Source of the DNA: Porticoccaceae bacterium
Lineage (GTDB): Bacteria > Pseudomonadota > Gammaproteobacteria > Pseudomonadales > Porticoccaceae
DNA: 42,363 nucleotides
Direction: 5' to 3'
Assembly (NCBI GenBank): GCA_017858295.1
Contig: JAFMBU010000001.1
Location: 1 to 42,363, forward strand
Shown: positions 37,195-42,363 of the stretch, piece after piece
Numbering within the stretch: the stretch's first letter is position 1
How the letters are laid out: each line of letters opens with the position of its first letter
The notes under the pieces: generated by a model
What the model saw: only the letters and a program-made list of their open reading frames with translations
Databases searched by the model: none
Told to the model about the DNA's origin: nothing
Program-made: the position numbers and the translations under genes

Positions 37195-38165
37195 TTATTG
37201 AGCTGCTTGGCTGGGGTGGCAAGCGTCAGCGCTATTTCACTGTTGAGGGAAACTCCGTCACCATAGGCCGTAGCTATCAGAATGATGTGGTTCTCGACGA
37301 CGTCTATATTTCGCCGAATCATCTGCGTCTGGATGCAGTTGAGGGTGGCTGGCAGCTGACTGATCTGCAGACGGTTAACGGTGTTGAGATTATTAAAAAT
37401 CCGCGTTCGCCTGAAACTCAGTTGCTCGATGCCGATTCAGCAATTCTCCTCGGCGAGGGAGCAGAGATAAAAATTGGCCGCACTAGGTTGCGAATTGTCT
37501 CAGATAGTCATTCAGTGGATGCCGCTAAAGAGCTGCATCATCTGGAACAGGATGCGGGCAAGCTAAATCGACTGTCTATCTGGCTGCCACTGTTTCTGAT
37601 TAGCCTAGCGGTGGAAGTAGCCGCACTCTACTTCAGTAGCTTTATTGAGTGGCAGTGGAAAAATGTTTTCTCAATCATTTTGGGCACTCAGGCAGTGCTG
37701 TTATTTATAGCTCTCTTCTGGGGCGCACTGGGTCGGTTTTTGCGCAGTGAGAGTCAGTTTTTAAGTCACTATTGTTTAATCTTGCTCGCCGGCTTGGCCT
37801 ATTCTGTGGCAGATTGGCTGATCGGTATACTGGCGTATAACGCCGGTACTGAGATGGTTGCAATGATCCTGTCGCCATTAAATGCGCTACTGCTTTTGGC
37901 TCTGCTACTCTCAGCCAATTTTGCTCTGGCTACAAACATGTTGCCCCGTCAGCGCTGGATTTCATCCCTCGGCTTTGTAATGTTGATCATTGTTGTTAGT
38001 ATCACCGCCCGGATGAGTGGCTGGGGGGAATTTTCTCCCTACCCGAGTTATTTCTCTGGTCTTGAGGTCCCTGAACTGCAGTTTGCTGGTGCAGACTCTG
38101 CAGATGATTTTATTGCCAGTTTCGATGCTATTTTTGCTGCGGCTGATCGCAACGCTCTCGACTAG
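37185..38165 (+). CDS. FHA-domain membrane protein (about 5 TM)
   Basis: IGRSYQNDVVLDD.YISPNH...DLQTVNG (GR, SxxH, NG), then a hydrophobic C-terminal half. Overlaps the protease gene by 10 nt. Confidence 0.85.
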   Translation: MAVIIELLGWGGKRQRYFTVEGNSVTIGRSYQNDVVLDDVYISPNHLRLDAVEGGWQLTDLQTVNGVEIIKNPRSPETQLLDADSAILLGEGAEIKIGRTRLRIVSDSHSVDAAKELHHLEQDAGKLNRLSIWLPLFLISLAVEVAALYFSSFIEWQWKNVFSIILGTQAVLLFIALFWGALGRFLRSESQFLSHYCLILLAGLAYSVADWLIGILAYNAGTEMVAMILSPLNALLLLALLLSANFALATNMLPRQRWISSLGFVMLIIVVSITARMSGWGEFSPYPSYFSGLEVPELQFAGADSADDFIASFDAIFAAADRNALD

Positions 38166-38245
38166 AACAAGGTTCGGCCTAACAGCTGTCAATCGATAAA
38201 AAATAAATGCCGTGTTTGAGCGGCAAACAATAATAGGAATTAATC

Positions 38246-39694
38246 GTGGAAGCATTTGTTAACCATCTCAATGGCATTATCTGGAGTTCAGCGCTGATCT
38301 ATCTGTGCCTTGGCACCGGGCTCTATTTTTCGTTGCGCACGCGCTTTCTTCAAGTTCGCCACTTTGGTCATATGTTAAAAATTATGCGCGAAGGGAAGAG
38401 CTCCGAGGCCGGTGTTTCGTCGTTTCAGGCGTTGACCATGTCGCTGTCCGGGCGGGTTGGCACGGGTAATATTGCCGGTGTTGCAACTGCCATCGCCATC
38501 GGCGGTCCAGGTGCGGTTTTTTGGATGTGGACCGTGGCCTTTCTCGGCGCCTCCACCGCCTATATAGAAGCCACTCTGGCACAGATTTATAAAGAGTTAG
38601 ATGACAATGGCAGCTACCGCGGTGGCCCAGCCTATTACATTGAAAAAGCCATGGGCCAAAAATGGTATGCCTGGACTTTCGCTGTGGCGACTATTATTGC
38701 CATGGGTTTCTGTCTTCCAGGTATTCAGGCCAACAGTATTGTTGCCGCCATGAACAATGCCTGGGAGATCCCGGCGCTGGTCACTGCCTCGGTACTGGCA
38801 ATCGGCCTGGCGATGATCGTTATCGGCGGCGTCAAGCGCATTGCCCATTTCGCTCAGGTGGTGGTACCGACGATGGCCGCCGGCTATATCCTTATTGCCT
38901 TTACGGTGGTATTTCTCAATATAGATATGGTCCCCACAGTGACCATGCTAATTATCAATAGCGCCTTTGGTCTAGATGCAGGTTACGGCGCGATTATCGG
39001 TATGGCCGTGGCCTGGGGTGTTAAGCGTGGTGTTTACTCCAACGAAGCGGGACAGGGCAGTGGTCCTCATCCAGCGGCGGCGGCAGAAGTCTCTCATCCC
39101 GCCAAGCAGGGTTTGGTGCAGGCCTTTTCTGTCTATGTGGACACGCTTTTAATTTGTTCAGCTACCGCCTTTATGATTCTGTTGACCGGTCTCTACAATG
39201 TCGAGGGCGCCGACGGCACTTACCTCTATCAGGGTCTGCCTGGTGTCGAAGTGGGTCCAGCCTATGTGCAAGCGGCCTTTGATACAGTGATGCCCGGCTT
39301 TGGTAGTAGTGTGCTTGCCATAGCTCTGCTGTTTTTCGCCTTTACCACTATTGTTGCCTATTACTATATTGCTGAAACCAACGTGATGTTTATTAACCGC
39401 AAGGTTCATCGTCCATGGTTGGCTAATCTGTTGAAAGTGTTGGTGATTACGTCGGTGATGTATGGCGGTATAAAGAGCGCCGATCTGGCTTGGGCACTGG
39501 GTGATGTGGGTGTAGGCCTTATGGCATGGTTGAATATTGTCGCGATCATTATCTTGCAGCGCCCGGCTCTGACGGCGCTCAAAGATTACGAACGGCAGTT
39601 GGATGCGGGAGTGGATCCGCGCTTTGATCCAGAGGCTTTAGGGATTGAAAAGGCTAATTTCTGGGTGGATAGAAAGAACGCCGAGAGTCAGTAA
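38246..39694 (+). CDS. Alanine/glycine:cation symporter (AGCS/AlsT family)
   Basis: RVGTGNIAGVA, GGPGAVFWMW, GGPAYY, RGVYSNEAGQGS, VDTLLICSAT. Confidence 0.93.
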   Translation: MEAFVNHLNGIIWSSALIYLCLGTGLYFSLRTRFLQVRHFGHMLKIMREGKSSEAGVSSFQALTMSLSGRVGTGNIAGVATAIAIGGPGAVFWMWTVAFLGASTAYIEATLAQIYKELDDNGSYRGGPAYYIEKAMGQKWYAWTFAVATIIAMGFCLPGIQANSIVAAMNNAWEIPALVTASVLAIGLAMIVIGGVKRIAHFAQVVVPTMAAGYILIAFTVVFLNIDMVPTVTMLIINSAFGLDAGYGAIIGMAVAWGVKRGVYSNEAGQGSGPHPAAAAEVSHPAKQGLVQAFSVYVDTLLICSATAFMILLTGLYNVEGADGTYLYQGLPGVEVGPAYVQAAFDTVMPGFGSSVLAIALLFFAFTTIVAYYYIAETNVMFINRKVHRPWLANLLKVLVITSVMYGGIKSADLAWALGDVGVGLMAWLNIVAIIILQRPALTALKDYERQLDAGVDPRFDPEALGIEKANFWVDRKNAESQ

Positions 39695-39697
39695 CCG

Positions 39698-40381
39698 CTA
39701 TTCGGCTTCAGTCTCAGCATCGGTCTCAAGAGGCCAACCACCGAGATCTTTCCAGCGATTGACAATACCGCAGAACAGCTCTGCGGTTTTCACTGCATCA
39801 TAGAGGGCACTGTGAGCATTGCGATTATCAAAATCCATCTTCGCCGCCTGACAGGCTTTGGCCAATACGGTTTGGCCATAGACTAGACCGGCAAGAGTGG
39901 AGGTGTCGAAGCAGGAAAAGGGGTGAAACGGATTGCGTTTTATCTGATTTCGATTCACCGCAGCATTGACAAAGCCCAGATCAAAATGGGCGTTGTGAGC
40001 CACCATCACTGAACGCGTGCAGCCGGTTGCGCTGATCTCATGGCGTATAGGTCGGAAGATATCCCGCAGAGCTTCGCCTTCCTCCTCGGGCATACGCTCG
40101 GGATCATAAATATCAATACCGGTAAATTCCAGCGCCGCTTTTTCAACTACTGCACCGGGAAAGGGGTCGATATTTTTGCTGTGTGTCTCTTTGATCTGGA
40201 TATTACCCTGACCATCCATCTCCAGAATCACTGCGGCAATTTCCAACATGGCATCGGTGCGAGAATTAAAACCACCGGTTTCAACATCCACTACAACTGG
40301 CAAAAAACCACGAAATCGCTCGGCGATATTATTCGTATACTCTTTAGTATCAATTTTATTGATGATCGACGACATATCCAT
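39698..40381 (-). CDS. rnt: Ribonuclease T
   Basis: RFRGFLPVVVDVETGGFN, AHNAHFD, RNPFHPFS.FDT, AHSALYD. Start likely ATG 40381, overlapping the pyrC stop (TAATG). Confidence 0.95.
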   Translation of the reverse strand: MDMSSIINKIDTKEYTNNIAERFRGFLPVVVDVETGGFNSRTDAMLEIAAVILEMDGQGNIQIKETHSKNIDPFPGAVVEKAALEFTGIDIYDPERMPEEEGEALRDIFRPIRHEISATGCTRSVMVAHNAHFDLGFVNAAVNRNQIKRNPFHPFSCFDTSTLAGLVYGQTVLAKACQAAKMDFDNRNAHSALYDAVKTAELFCGIVNRWKDLGGWPLETDAETEAE

Positions 40382-41415
40382 TAGTGGTCCATTTTCCAAT
40401 TCAGAGTGGTACCAGCGCCGAGGGGGATCAGTTGCGAATCATCAAACGGAATCGCTGCGGGCAGCTGCCAGGGTTGGCGTAATAGGGTAATGCTGGTGGT
40501 GTTTCGTGGCAGGCCATAGAAGTCTGCCCCGTACTTGCTGGCAAAGCCCTCGAGCTTATCCAGCGCATCGGCCTCTTCAAAGGCCTGGGCATAGAGTTCA
40601 ATAGCGGCGTGATGGCTAAAGCAGCCAGCGCAACCACAGGCACTCTCTTTTTTGTCCTGAGCGTGGGGCGCAGAATCAGTGCCCAAAAAGAACTTCGGGC
40701 TGCCACTGGTGGCAGCCTTAATCAGGGCGTGCTGATGAACATCGCGCTTTAAAATGGGCAGACAAAACAGGTGCGGCCTAATACCGCCAACCAACATGTG
40801 GTTGCGGTTATAGAGCAGGTGCTGAGGAGTAATGGTAGCGGCCACATTGTCACCGGCTGCGGCGACAAACTCTGCTGCTTCAAGCGTCGTAATATGCTCG
40901 AAAATAATTTTTAACTTGGGATAATGCTGAACCAGACCGCGCAGATGGCGCTCGATAAATACTGCTTCGCGATCAAAAATATCGATCTCGCCGGCGGTGA
41001 CTTCGCCGTGGAGCTGCAATACCATGCCCACTTCCTGCATGGTGGCAAGAACCTTCTGGATATTGTTGAGGCTGGTAACACCGGAGTCAGAATTGGTTGT
41101 AGCTCCTGCCGGATAATACTTGCAGCCATGGATAAAGCCACATTCTTTCGCCGCGCGAATTTCATCGGCGGTGGTGTTATCCGTAAGATAGAGAACCATT
41201 AAGGGTTCCCAGGTTGAGCCTGCAGGACGCTGTGCCAGAATGCGCTCGCGGTAGGCGCCGACTTGAGCCACAGTGGTTGCCGGTGGCATTAGATTGGGCA
41301 TAATAATGCCGCGGCCAAAGCCTCTTGCGGCGGCGGGTACTGTCGCCGCAAGCATGCTATTGTCACGCAGATGGAGATGCCAGTCGTCTGGTTGTATAAG
41401 AGTAATTTTGTCCAT
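40381..41415 (-). CDS. pyrC: Dihydroorotase (homodimeric type)
   Basis: [34 protein letters not shown]...KESACGCAG. Confidence 0.97.
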   Translation of the reverse strand: MDKITLIQPDDWHLHLRDNSMLAATVPAAARGFGRGIIMPNLMPPATTVAQVGAYRERILAQRPAGSTWEPLMVLYLTDNTTADEIRAAKECGFIHGCKYYPAGATTNSDSGVTSLNNIQKVLATMQEVGMVLQLHGEVTAGEIDIFDREAVFIERHLRGLVQHYPKLKIIFEHITTLEAAEFVAAAGDNVAATITPQHLLYNRNHMLVGGIRPHLFCLPILKRDVHQHALIKAATSGSPKFFLGTDSAPHAQDKKESACGCAGCFSHHAAIELYAQAFEEADALDKLEGFASKYGADFYGLPRNTTSITLLRQPWQLPAAIPFDDSQLIPLGAGTTLNWKMDH

Positions 41416-41509
41416 TGAAGCCGTATCCGCTGTTATCGGTGAATGCTACCGGAAACAGTGGTGTCATGACAGGTTTTGTGGAACGGTATGAATAAAAATT
41501 GAGCAACTA

Positions 41510-42271
41510 ATGAACATAACACTACTCTGCAACCGCGATTTGCCAAGCCATATTGCCCTGAGCCAGTTAATTGACGGATTGGCTGAGCATAATCTATCAA
41601 TCTTTATCTCTGAAAAGGTCGGTGCTGATAAGACCTTACCCGAACCGCTCATGGAGCTTGCCGCCTTTGAACGGCAGCAGCTTATGGATGGTCGCCCGAG
41701 TTTTGAGCAGCTAGCTGAGAGTGCTGGTTGTTCATTGCGAGGGTTTGTTGATCTGGATAATAAGGTTAATAGCCCCGAGGGTATTGCGCGAATTGCCGCC
41801 ACTGAGCCGGAGCTTATTATATCAGTGCGCTTTGGCTTGATTATCCGTGAGGCGGTCATTGCTATCCCCAAGCAGGGTATTATCAATCTGCACTCCGGGT
41901 TGTTGCCCGATTATCGCGGTGTGATGGCGACCTTTAGGGCAATGCAAAATAATGACAGTCAGATCGCGTCGACTCTGCACTATATCCAAGACGGCGGCAT
42001 TGATAATGGCGACATTATTTCTATCTCGGCGATTCCCTTAAATCCACAACATTCCTATCTGCTCAATGTCATCAATCTCTATGCCGGCGGCTGTCGGCAG
42101 ATTCTCAATGCCGTGAGCTCGCTTTGCGCAGGCGAGGCTTTGATTACCCATCCCCAAGATCAAGACGCAAGCTATTACAGCTTCCCCAAGCAGTCCGAGC
42201 TCGACGCTTTTGCAGCTGCAGGCGGGCGACTCTTCGATGCCGCCGAGATTACTGCGCTTAAGCAATACTAA
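41510..42271 (+). CDS. Standalone formyltransferase-family protein (N-terminal domain only)
   Basis: INLHSGLLPDYRG and STLHYI.DGGIDNGDII; no Fmt C-terminal domain. Confidence 0.82.
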   Translation: MNITLLCNRDLPSHIALSQLIDGLAEHNLSIFISEKVGADKTLPEPLMELAAFERQQLMDGRPSFEQLAESAGCSLRGFVDLDNKVNSPEGIARIAATEPELIISVRFGLIIREAVIAIPKQGIINLHSGLLPDYRGVMATFRAMQNNDSQIASTLHYIQDGGIDNGDIISISAIPLNPQHSYLLNVINLYAGGCRQILNAVSSLCAGEALITHPQDQDASYYSFPKQSELDAFAAAGGRLFDAAEITALKQY

Positions 42272-42330
42272 AAGCTCTGGTCTTAGGGTAAAATCGCCGC
42301 CTCGTTAGCTCAAGCAAAGGATTACGTCAC

Positions 42331-42363
42331 GTGTCATCAGTCAATAAAGTTGTTTTAGCCTAT
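42331..42363 (+). CDS. argG: Argininosuccinate synthase, first 11 codons (runs off window edge)
   Basis: AAAGGA RBS, then GTG start giving MSSVNKVVLAY, matching the ArgG N-terminal KVVLAYSGG motif; pyrC-argG proximity as in Pseudomonas. Confidence 0.75.
   Translation, partial: MSSVNKVVLAY

Overview
Gene-dense, housekeeping-type gammaproteobacterial window. Gene order resembles Pseudomonadales/Cellvibrionales; a marine SAR92/Porticoccaceae-like organism is my inference, not something I can prove from sequence. Order: partial pcnB, cbrB-cbrA plus an untracked 58-aa cbrX-like ORF, gluQ-dksA, sfsA, Rieske ferredoxin-htpX, M15 peptidase-cysE-hypothetical, YtjB-like gene, serB, fimX-fimW-like pair, efp-epmA, second cysE-comF-zapG, zapE, rplM-rpsI, petA plus a fused cytochrome b-c1 gene, sspAB, thiolase, dolP-diaA/gmhA-like-yraN-lpoA, rsmI, maeB, a trypsin-like protease plus FHA membrane protein pair, an AGCS-family symporter, rnt-pyrC, a formyltransferase, and the first 11 codons of argG. 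I see no tRNA, rRNA, CRISPR array or mobile element. Most notable points: (1) a CbrXAB system whose CbrB has lost its sigma54-activation machinery and has no room for crcZ at the usual site; (2) further signalling proteins with eroded ligand or catalytic motifs (FimX, FimW, YtjB-like, DiaA/GmhA-like); (3) the cytochrome b-c1 fusion; (4) an uncharacterised protease-FHA module. All family calls rest on motifs and recalled family knowledge; no database searches were run.
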